Positions 53,011 through 64,000 of a stretch of DNA of 64,000 nt are shown piece by piece. Position numbers and translations under genes: made by a program. Under the pieces are notes generated by a model, which saw only the letters and a program-made list of their open reading frames with translations, made no database searches and was not told the DNA's origin. Numbering within the stretch: position 1 is the first letter of the stretch; every line of letters starts with the position of its first letter. The stretch comes from the human T2T-CHM13v2.0 reference genome, Homo sapiens: NCBI RefSeq assembly GCF_009914755.1, contig NC_060925.1. The stretch is one strand, 5' to 3'.

Positions 53011-53539
53011 GCATACATCGTGGCTGAATTTCAGCTTATATTTCCTATCCAGAATGGATAACATCTAAAAACGTGTGAGAACAATTTTAAGATTCCATGA
53101 ACCAATGAGAAGGTGGTGAGCCTGAATAAATAATGACATTTCCACTTATGTGAAAAATCCATTTTGTTAAACACATACCTTCCAGATTTCCAAAGTAACC
53201 GTAAACAGAGGTGCAGGTTTCCCATCAGTGGAGAAACTATCCAAGTGGATTCAAAACTCTTTAACTTTTTATATTCAAGTATTATCTTTGCATTATCCAA
53301 AAGGAGACATGCACCTTTAAAATATAGTTGCTGTGCAGCTCCTTACTAGTGGATAAAACAGATCGCACTTTGTGCCCAATGAACATGATACAGAAAAGGA
53401 AGCGTAGGTGTTTCTAAATAAGTCTTAAGCAAGAGCAAAGCTCAGAAATTCAAATGAGGGGTAAGGGAGATGAGCTGATTTCTAGCTATATAACATAATA
53501 CAGTCAAGATAATTAATAATTATTAATAATTAAAAATTA

Positions 53540-53961
53540 CCCGGGTACTCACCCAGATTCCCTTTAGCAGCCTGTGAAGTCTATACCCCTACTTCTGCAG
53601 GCATTGGCTGCGAAGGATCATCACATCTGCACCTTCTGCCGAAAATTGCCCTTAGTTGATAGGCGCTGCCTTGCTGGAAGACGCCTGGGATTTACCCTGG
53701 CGCGTGACCACTGCTTGGCAGGGTCTTTAAAAGCCCAGTTCCTGGCCTCTGGGTGGACCAAACTCTGTAATGTGATGTACTCTTCAGCACTTGCAGTGTG
53801 ATCTGATTGAGTCTGTACTTCTGCTAAAACTGTATCTTTGCTTAGTTTCTTCCTCTTTATCTTCATTCCCTTCAATAAATCCCTGGGAGTATTCCTTAAT
53901 AAATCACTTTCATAAGAACCCTCATCTCAGGCACTGTTTCTAGAAATCCCAAACTAAGATA
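53540..53961 (+). mobile_element. LTR16-family ERVL solo LTR
   Basis: cagattccctttagc...aattgccctt...aataaatcactt...tctcagg...tgtttctag...ctaagata matches the LTR16 architecture. Confidence 0.75.
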
Positions 53962-54170
53962 TTTTTCCTTAAGTAGGTTTATTATTCTGTTAACATGAGG
54001 CATAATTAGACACATCCTGATACAATGCTCAATCTACGTCATCATCAACAACTGCCATTTTGATTAGGGACATCGAAATATTTTCACTAATCATTTACTT
54101 TATCAGAAAACAATATATAATATGTAACCCTATCACAGAGAAATATAGCTTAGTTAATCTATCCAATAAT

Positions 54171-54471
54171 GGCCTGGCACAGTAGCTCATGCTTATAATC
54201 CCAGCACTTTGGGAGGCCGAGGCAGGTAGATCACCTGAGGTTGGGAGTCCAAGACCAGCCTGGTCAACATGGTGAAGCCCTATCTCTACTAAAAATACAA
54301 AAATCAGCCGGGCTTGGTGTCAGGTGCCTGTAATCCCAGCGACTCAGGAGGCTGAGGAAGGAGAATATCTTGAACACAGGAGGCGGAGGTTGCAGTGAGC
54401 CAAGATCACACCACTGCACTCTAGCCTGGGCAACAAAGCAAGACTCTGTCTCAAAAAACAAAACAAATAAA
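54171..54471 (+). mobile_element. AluS (Sx/Sq-like)
   Basis: Full dimer; short TSD CAATAAT (54164-54170 / 54472-54478). Confidence 0.94.
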
Positions 54472-55732
54472 CAATAATAAATATATTTTAGCCATAAATG
54501 ATGCAGAATTGTAGGCCTAATGCTGGTCAATATATAATTTTGATAAATACATATAATTAAATTCTACCAGAACCGTTTTTGATTACAAAAAATTCAGGAT
54601 CATGAAATCATGAGGCTAATGAAATGGCCTAGATGAGCTTACTGTGAAGAATAGGAGTCAAGCTCCAATTGTGCTACTGTATCTCCAAATTCATATTATG
54701 GAGAGGCTTATTATTGCAGGGTGTCATTCTACATGACTACTCAAACATTCTTAAAATTTGCAAGATACATTTAGCCCTGGAATATCACAATTCTGACTCT
54801 TCTTTACATCATGAATACTGCCAAATTTACCAGTTTTATAGTAAAAAAAAAATGTATTTTTCAAAAGCCCATGAGATGTAAAAGTTGCTTACAGTAACTT
54901 CACAATAATTCTAAGGCCAAAAACTTTGCAGTAATTCTAAGAAATATATTTGTATTTATAAAATATCATCGCTCTTTAATGAATAGTTTTGGTTTTTAAC
55001 CAAATCAGTTTTATTTGAAACTAGGTCACATTCATTAAACAGATACTTGTTAATTCTTGATATTTGCAGTCCAAAGGCAACCACAAGAATTTAAAATGAT
55101 TCTTGCTCCTATTCATGTTTCCAAGGAGAGGGACTGCTTCTAGATTAACATTCCTGGTATCTTGTCTCATTTTCTTACTCATTGTTTCTTATGAAATAAA
55201 AGTGAAATTACTGACTCTTGTGTCCACATTGAATGATTGGGAAATCTATTAAAAAATGACCAAGGATTTATTTCTATGTTTTCTTCCATCTCCAACCCTG
55301 ACCGATGTAACTCAGCAATGAGTGTGTCACCTCTTCCATTCCACACGTTCCTTTAGGTGAGTGTCTAGACCACCAAGGACTGAGAGTGCTGCAGGACCAT
55401 TGAACTACCGCGGGCCCATTACTGCCAATCAAATGTTTACCAATGATAAAGGTGTAAATTTTATCTCATTTTTGGTCAGTTATTTCTCATTGTTTTCAAA
55501 ACTAGAATACAGGAGAGAAGATGGTTATTCATTGACTCTCTAAAACCCCAAGAATTCTTTTCAAAATGTTTGTGCCTGTTGATGTGGTGACTGACTTCCC
55601 ACCAAGCCGCCTGACGACCCCACAAAACGTATGATGCACTGATCACAGGGCACTTCAGAAAAGGCAAATGTGTTTTCTGTATTTGCAATCAAGCCAATGT
55701 GTATGCACATTTTGATCCTGAGTGAACTTTTT

Positions 55733-56080
55733 AAAATACTTTATTTTATTTTATTATTTTATAAGTTCCAGGATGCACGTGCAGGATATGCAGGTTTGTT
55801 ACAGAGGTAAACATGTGCCGCGGTGTTTTGCTGCACCTATCAATAGCTAATGCATGCATTCGCTCTTTATCCTGATGCTCTCCCTCCCCCAAACTCCCAT
55901 GACAGGCCCCAGTGTGTTGTTCACCTCCCTGTGTCCATGTGTTCTCATTGTTCAGCTCCCACTTTTAAGTGAGAACATGCAGTATTTGGTTTTGTGTGCC
56001 TCTGTTAGTTTGCTGAGGATAATGGCTTCCAGCTCCATCCATGTCCCTGCAAAGGACATGATCTTGTTCCATTTTATGAA
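55733..56080 (-). mobile_element. L1PA8-10-type 3' end
   Basis: tcctgatgctctccctccc...gctgaggataatggcttccagctcc; 16-bp TSD CCTGAGTGAACTTTTT (55717-55732 / 56081-56096). Confidence 0.93.
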
Positions 56081-56331
56081 CCTGAGTGAACTTTTTTACT
56101 TAAATCAATAATATTCTTCATTCATATCTTTTAATGTACAGCTTATTTTTAAAACTTGAGTCGTCAGAAGTCTCTAATTAAAAAAAAATATATTGCCTCA
56201 AGAAACTGCTCAGTATCTCCAAAAATATTCATAATAAAACCCTGAACTGAGTTTTTTTGTATCTTACACATTATATTAAAAGACACTGCCTGACCATCAA
56301 GAGGTTTCTCTTTTTTTGTTTTTTGCAATTT

Positions 56332-56906
<575 letters not shown>

Positions 56907-58125
56907 TAAAACATAATTTCAGAATTGCTACATCCATACCACTTAGCAAAACAAACCTTGTCATAAAAGTCAGGAATTTCTTTGCATTTTTTTAGTCCTT
57001 AGAATATATCCCTCTGAGGCTGTATAGTCAGAATACAGCATTCCAAAATTACCTGGATTAATTCTTTTTTTCTTTTTTGTAGTTTTTTTTAGTGAGCTAC
57101 AAAGTTCAGTTTATTTGTTTCTGCTTATCTCCAGTTTGAAGTTTCTTTTCTTCATCTTTGTTGATTTAATTTTCTAAAATTTGTTTTAAAAAAAGCATAG
57201 TTCACAATGAAAACTATATCAAATATATATGCAAAAAAAATCACACTCACATCTATACCCCTTCCACCTAACTCACAACCCTGTAGGTAATCAATTTTAT
57301 TACTTTCTAGTTCGTTATTCCTGTATTTGTTTCAGTGAAATTAAACAAGTATAGACATACATATTCTAATTTCCTCTTGCTTCTTAGAAGAAAGGTAGCA
57401 TATTGTAGGTTTTTCATTTGCATCTTGCTTTTTTCGTATAACAATGCATCCTAGAAATCACTCACATTAAAGAGATTTTTAATGTCAAATTAAATCTCTT
57501 TAATGTCATATTAAAGAGATTTTTTTATCATTGCTTGTACTGATTATTTTACTAATTAATATTTGGCAGCTACATAGTACTCCAATGTGTGAATGTGCCA
57601 GAGCGTATTTGACTTTCTATATGGTATTTAGGTTGCTTCCAATTTTTACTTGCGAGTAATCTTGTACCAAATTTTTTTTTTTGTATCTTCAGACTAAAAT
57701 CCTAGAAGTGGGATTGCTGAGTCATGTGGCAAAGAATATATAATTTCCATATATATTACCAAGTTTACCTTTACTGTGGCTGTACCATTTTGCACCCCCA
57801 CTAGGAGAGTGCCCATTCCCCCACCTCTGTTGAACAGCCTGTGGCCAATCTTCTGGCCAGTAATTTGACAGTTAAAAATAATACATCAGTGTACTTTTAT
57901 CATTTTTTCTCTTATTATGAGTAACATTAAGCATTTCTTTTATATATTAAAAAGCTATTTGTGTATCATTTATTATAAACATTTCATGATTTTGTCCATT
58001 TTTCTTTTTTGTTATTGTTGTTGTCAGTTTTTAAGAGTTCTATATATATTGTCAGTTCTTCCTTTATGGTTGGTTTCTTTTCTCCTAGCCCTAGTCATAA
58101 AGATGGTATCTTATGTAAACCTCTG

Positions 58126-58353
58126 CTGATACTGTCCAACAGAACTTTCTACAGTGATGGACATGTTCCATATCTTTGTTGCTCAATGCAGTGGCTGCTA
58201 GCCACAGGATTGTGGCAAAAGCTAGCTATTGCACAATTGAAATGTGACTAATACAACTAAGGAACTGAATTTTTAATTGTTTTTAATTTTAATTAATTGA
58301 AATGTAAATTTAAATACCCATGTGACTAATGGCTACCTTATTGACTAGCGCAG
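58126..58353 (+). mobile_element. MER3 (hAT-Charlie non-autonomous DNA transposon)
   Basis: ctgtccaacagaactttct...ctagccaca...ggaactgaattttt...ggctaccttattgactagcgcag. Confidence 0.85.
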
Positions 58354-59517
58354 CTTTATATAGATACTTTAATTTTTTTATCTTTTGAATTTAAATCTAT
58401 ATGAGGAATTTATTTATAATTGGGAAGTGGCTGGCAGTTTTATTTTTTTAATATGGACACTAAATTTATCCAGCACCATGTATTGAAAAGATTCTGTTCT
58501 GCAGGGTTATGTGTAATAAATCAAGTGACCATGTAGTTTCGTTTCTAAATTGTTCTGATCCACTAATCTGTTTTTCAGTCCTTAATTTCAATAACACTTG
58601 TGTAATCTCAGTGGGCTTATAATGTTCATATGTGGTAATATGTTTTGCGACTTTATCATCTTAGAGAGGCTAGTTTGAGTCCTTTAATTTTCCTTGTAAT
58701 TTCTAGAATAATAATTTTACTTTACACAATTGGGGAATTTTAGTCTATATATCAATGTACAGAGAATTGACATCTTAAAATATTGGATCTTTCAATCTCT
58801 AAACATGGTATATCCTTTCCCAGTAATAGCAACATTAACTGTGATCACTTGGTTAAACTGGGGTCTCCCAAGCTTTTCCACTGTAGACTTAACAATTTCT
58901 TGATTTTTTTATATTAAATGAAATTTGCATTTCTACAAAATGTTCAACATGGTGGTGATATATTATCCTTTATATACATTGTTGAGTTTGGAATGCTAAT
59001 ATCACTTTAAGATATTTAATCAATGTTCATAACAAAGATTGACCAGTAACATGTTTTTATCAAGTTTTGTATCATGTTATGCTGGCCTTAAAGATTAGTT
59101 GAAAATTGTTTTTCCTTTTGCACATTTTGAAAACAAATTACAGATATGATTCTCATTTATTTTATCTAAATTTTTAATTTTGAGGAAAAAAGGTGTTCAT
59201 GATAGTCATTGAATATCTTTTAATGTTTCTAGGCTCTATCGTTATACCCCTTCTTTTATTACTTAGTATTGGTAATTTGTACCTTTTTGCTCCACTGTCT
59301 TGGTTAGTCTTCATATGTATTTATCAAATTTTGGCTTTTGAAATGAACAACTTCTGATTTTGCTGATTTTCTCTATTGTGTGCTTGTTTTCTATTTTATT
59401 AAATTTGATTCCTTATTATTTTCTTCATTCCGCCTTATTTAGGTTTAAACTTATGCTCTTTTGCTAACATCTTCAAATGGATACACACAGGTCATCAATT
59501 TTCAGGTTTTTATCTTT

Positions 59518-59699
59518 AAATATATAATTTGCAGGCTATAAAATTTGCAAATATATAATTTATATATTTAATATTTTATATTAATTATATTTAATATAAT
59601 TATATTTAATATTTTATATATTATATATTATATTTAATATTTTATATTAAAATAAAATTTGCAAATTATATAAAATATATAATTTGCAGGCTATAAAAT
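59518..59699. repeat. AT-rich insert flanked by an exact 27-bp direct repeat
   Basis: AAATATATAATTTGCAGGCTATAAAAT at 59518-59544 and 59673-59699. Confidence 0.9.
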
Positions 59700-61955
59700 G
59701 GCTGTAACGCCATACCACAAATTTTATATATTCTTTTTTGGTTATATTTTGCTTCAAAATATTTTTTATTATTTTATTGATTCTTTAAAAAATTATGGAT
59801 TATTTAATTTTCATACTTTAGGGGGTTAACCGTCACTAATTTCAAATTTAATTCCATAGTAGCAAAAAAACACACTTTGTATTATTTCAATTATTTGATA
59901 TATGTTGAGATTTGCCTCATGTACATATATAGTCCAGGATATAAACATTTTGAGAAATATTGCATGTGTACTCCTGTATATTGTACAGTTGAATGCAGTG
60001 CTCTATATGATCGATTAGGCCAATGCTTATTAATCTTACTTTTTGAGTATTCTATATTTTTACTGATTTTTTTACGTGCCTTATCCTACGACTTTTTGTG
60101 AATTTTGTGTTAAAAATCTTTCACCGTATTTGCGTACTTATTTATTCATTAATTTTTTTCAGTTTTGATTTCTAAGGTATGTAATTAGGTCATAAAAATT
60201 TTAAATTTTAAATTGATCTTTTTATCATTACAAAATGTCCCGTCTTTACCTCTAATATACTTCCTGTCTTAAAGTCTACTATTTCTTATCTTAGCATAAC
60301 TACATGTTTATTTTGATTATCCTTTGAATGTTATACCTTTTTTCTTTTATTTGACTTTACAATTTTTGTGTAGTTATTTAAGTTTTTATCTCTTTTAAAA
60401 ACCACTGTATATAATTGGCAGTGGTTTTTATTCTGAAAATCTTGACTATTAATTGGATAATTTAATAGAAATTTAATAACTATTATTAATTTAAGTAATT
60501 ACTGATACATTTGGATTTAAATCAACCATCTTAATGCTTTATTTTATTTCTTCCACTTGGTCTAGACTTCTCTCCTTTTCGTTTTTTGGGTTTATCGAGT
60601 ATTTTTTTGTTATCATATTTTCTCTATTAAGTTTTAAGTTATATTAATTCACTTTAAAAATTTTTTTTATTTGTCCTTTTGGTGGCTCTCCTGTAGATCT
60701 CTCACTTCTAAATCTCATATAAATTAGCATCCCTAGGTAAGGCAAGGATGTTACAACACTTCAGTTACCCCTTTTCCATTTGTTATTTTGTCATGTGTTT
60801 TGATTAAATGTCACAATACATTATTATTATTGTTGTCGTTTTATATATATTTTGTTTTTGTTTATAAGGAAATCTCTCTACTCTCATTTTTGAAGAATAT
60901 TTACTCTGAGAATTCTACTATAACAACTATTTTTTTTCAGCATTTTAAAGATGCCATGTCAGTCTTTTCTAACTGCTATTGTCTTTGTTGAGAAGCAAGT
61001 TAATAATTATAAAATTGTTTCTTTGAAAGTAATTTATCTTTTTATTAGATGTTTCTAAGATTTTGCTCTTTGTCATTAGTTTTCATTAACTTTACCATAA
61101 TGTGCCTGAAAATGATTTCTTTGTTCTCATTCTGATTGGGCTTTATAGTGTTTCTTGAATATGTGGCTTAATGTCTTTAATCAGTTTTGGGTAATTTTTG
61201 CCCTTTATTCGGTCTCTTTTGCAGTCCTGAGAGTCTGTCACATATATGTATTTTCTATGTATTATACAAGTCATATTATCCTTTTTGTGTTTGCCATCCT
61301 ATTTTGTATTTTTTTTTTACTAACATCTTTCAAAATCACTAATCCTCTGTCTTGCAACTCTCTGATAGCCAGTTAGTGTAAAAGTCAGTCACTTTAATAC
61401 AATTAGATATTAAGCTATTTATAACTGGTTTTAGGCCTGGTCTTCTAATTTGCTATTATTTCTAGTATATGCTATTTTAGGAGAGTTAGAGAAATACCTA
61501 GAAAGTTTATTGTGGTTTTCCCCCTTGCTGGGCTTTGAACTTCATTTAAAAATCTCCAAACAGCACTGAAATTCTCTGCCTCTTAGCATCCATCTGCCTT
61601 CTTTTAGCTTCTGAGCCTTTCTACCCACATTGCATATGCACTAACTAATGACTCAAAGGGAAAAGCTGCCAAGAAAAATACTCTTAGCAAATTTTCCTTC
61701 TCTTTGGAATCCTGGGTCTCCAAGTTTGGTTGCCTTGATTACTTTCTGGTGGGTTCAAACAGGTTTAATTTTTATCTAGCTTTTATTTTTGCTCTCATTG
61801 AGAAGGTGGTCTGCTACGATCTATTTCTTTTTAGCTGGGAATATAAAGTTCAAGATACTTTTTATAATCCTATGTTAATAATAACTCCTCCATAAAGCTT
61901 TTTTTCTTATTCTTTCATCAGAAAAAATCACTATCTCAACTAAATTCTTATGAAT

Positions 61956-62150
61956 GTAGTGATTAAGAGCACAGAATATGGAGCTTTTAGAATCAACCTT
62001 CACCATGGCTTTAGACAAGTTACCTAACTTCCTTTTGCCTCAGTTTTCTTATAAGATTGAGATAATATTTGTACTTATGTCACAGTACTGATATAAAGAT
62101 TAAATGAGATAATGGATATAAATCACATAAGCATTCCATAAGGGTTAGAT
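61956..62150 (+). mobile_element. MIR
   Basis: gtagtgattaagagcacag...caagttacctaactt...gcctcagtttt...gattaaatgagataatg. Confidence 0.8.
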
Positions 62151-62219
62151 ATTTTTGGTAATAGTTTTAGTAATATTATGGCATTTTTTATTAAAAACTT
62201 TGTTATTTAAGCACATAAG

Positions 62220-62585
62220 TACCTGACTAGATTCCCTGATAGAGAGAAATGTCTTCCTCATCTTTATTCCCCAGCCTTGAGATATTCCCACACAAGGTAT
62301 CTAATTGCATTGGTGGATAAATGCAAAATTAATTGCATACAACCAAAATTGTTAATTCAGTGAGATGAAATGAAAATTTATTTCCAAAGACCCATGGCAG
62401 GGGGAAGAAGTTAAGCTATTGCAAATGAGACCTGAATCTGTAGATTTTCCTTATCCAGTTAATATGTTTTTAACTCCTTGAAACCAGTAATTTTTTGTTT
62501 TGTTCATCTCTTTATGTCAGCACCTAGCTCAGTTTTTGGTTAATAAGAGACAATCAGTGTTCGCTACATGACTAAATAAATAATT
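62220..62585 (+). mobile_element. Two short L2 3'-end relics (~62220-62325 and ~62470-62585)
   Basis: gactagattccctgatag...tcatctttattccccagc; ttgttcatctctttatgtcagcacctagctcag. Confidence 0.5.
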
Positions 62586-64000
62586 CATTTTTACCTTCTT
62601 TATTACTATTGATTATCTAATGTTGTCTTTTCACAAGTACTTCTTTATTCAGATTTCAACTTATCAAATCTTCAAAAATTTTTAAAAAATCCACTAGTTG
62701 TTTTAAGAGCCAGTTGTATTTCTTTTTTTTCAGTAAGCTGTGTTTGCCATTGAGTTTATTTTAGAAGCAGATTATAAATGATCTGTATCGGTCAGGTGTG
62801 TTTCTGCTATGCTGAACTCATAATACAAGTATCATCCAGGTGTCTGTAGACCAATAGACCAAACAATTTAAACACCTTCTCATATGCTACAGAAGGCAGT
62901 GAAAGTTTTTTCATATTTTTCTTTTAAGCCTAGATTGTCCTTTTAAACTTTTGATCCTAATCTTCATTTTTCATAACATTTGCCAAGGTCTCATGGATTT
63001 TATTTTCTGTGTTGCCTTCCCAGTTGTTCTTTGATGAAGAGAAGAAAATGTTCAAAGACTCTATCTGGACAGCAGAGCAGTGCACAGCTGTGATGTTTCT
63101 TTTTTCTCTGCCTTGACCTTACTCTGAAGAAAGTACTCCTTTAGGCTCAAACTCCTGAAATTGACTGAAGTATCTCTTAGGGAATGCTTTGGTCATAACA
63201 GATTTTTTTAAAAACTTATTTAAATTCCATTCCAGGTGCAGCCTCCCTTTACTTTATAGGTTAAAGCGGGAAATATCACTGGGAAAGGGAAAAGGATCAT
63301 GAATATTTAAAGTTTATCATAAATAAGAAGTCTGTGAACAAAGCCTGCCCATGAGCCTGAGTTTTGTGTTACATCATCTCTTGAAATCCCTCTGAAAAAA
63401 GAGTATGCACTAGACAATTGCACCAACATAGGGAAAGCAAAGGCATGTCTCATTATCACCCTGAGAAATGCCAACACCTATGGTCTTGATCATTTTTCGA
63501 CATTTTTCCTTTAAGTCACATAGGCCTTATGGTTCACACAACAGAGAAATTATTCTTAAGTCAATTATAATTGATTGTTGTTGTCATCTTTTTAAAGGAA
63601 TTTTGAAATTAAGAAAATATATGAGAAAAATATTTGTTAGATGAAGAGAAGAAAAAGCAACTATCTGGCATAAAATGACTGACTTCCAAGGTTAATATTT
63701 CACTGGAAAAAACACCAGTAATCTTTGAATGAATGATGTGTATAATAACAGTATTAAATATTCACTTACCTATTGAACAAACATTAAAATGTGCTATATA
63801 CAAGACACTGCAAAGTGCCAAGTGAATTTACAAATTTGGCCCAAATTTGCTATAGACACAATGCCAACCACCAATCAGAATATAAACCATAAAACAATGC
63901 TATTTGATGAAATTATATAAACCCTATCCTATAGCTTTAAATGTAAACAAAACAACTCCCTCCATTTTCAAGTATGTCTTAAACCTCCATTGCTTTTACC

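Larger units (their letters stand above)
56910..61810 (-). mobile_element. Degraded L1MC5/L1ME-type element(s)
   Basis: Antisense L1M motifs throughout (cctagaagtgggattgctgagtca, ccagcaccatgtattgaaaag, agagaattgacatc); boundaries approximate. Confidence 0.65.

Overview
AT-rich, CpG-poor primate (hominoid, probably human) intergenic or deep-intronic DNA, made up mostly of interspersed repeats. These include nested LINE-1s of many ages (L1M to L1PA3/4), Alus (FLAM/FRAM, Sx, Sp, Sc, Y), MaLR/ERVL LTRs (two THE1 solo LTRs, one complete THE1, MSTA, MLT1, LTR16), L2/MIR/L3 relics, a MER3 and a ~950 bp AT-rich VNTR. I can support no protein-coding gene: the longer ORFs are L1, THE1 or Alu debris, and only a few isolated splice-signal or exon-like segments remain. 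I see no evidence for a new gene system. The unusual content is mechanistic: (1) a ~98%-identical 204 bp segment copied from 17.2 kb into 11.8 kb with several microhomology template switches; (2) a 23 bp patch shared between two different MaLR LTRs 9 kb apart; (3) shared non-consensus variants between two inverted L1PA copies; (4) an Alu-L1 fusion under a single TSD; (5) a twin-primed L1; (6) an exon-like segment whose splice donor lies in competing hairpins; (7) a recursive-splice-type AG|GTGAGT site. Repeat subfamily calls come from remembered consensus sequences, and boundaries of old elements are approximate.
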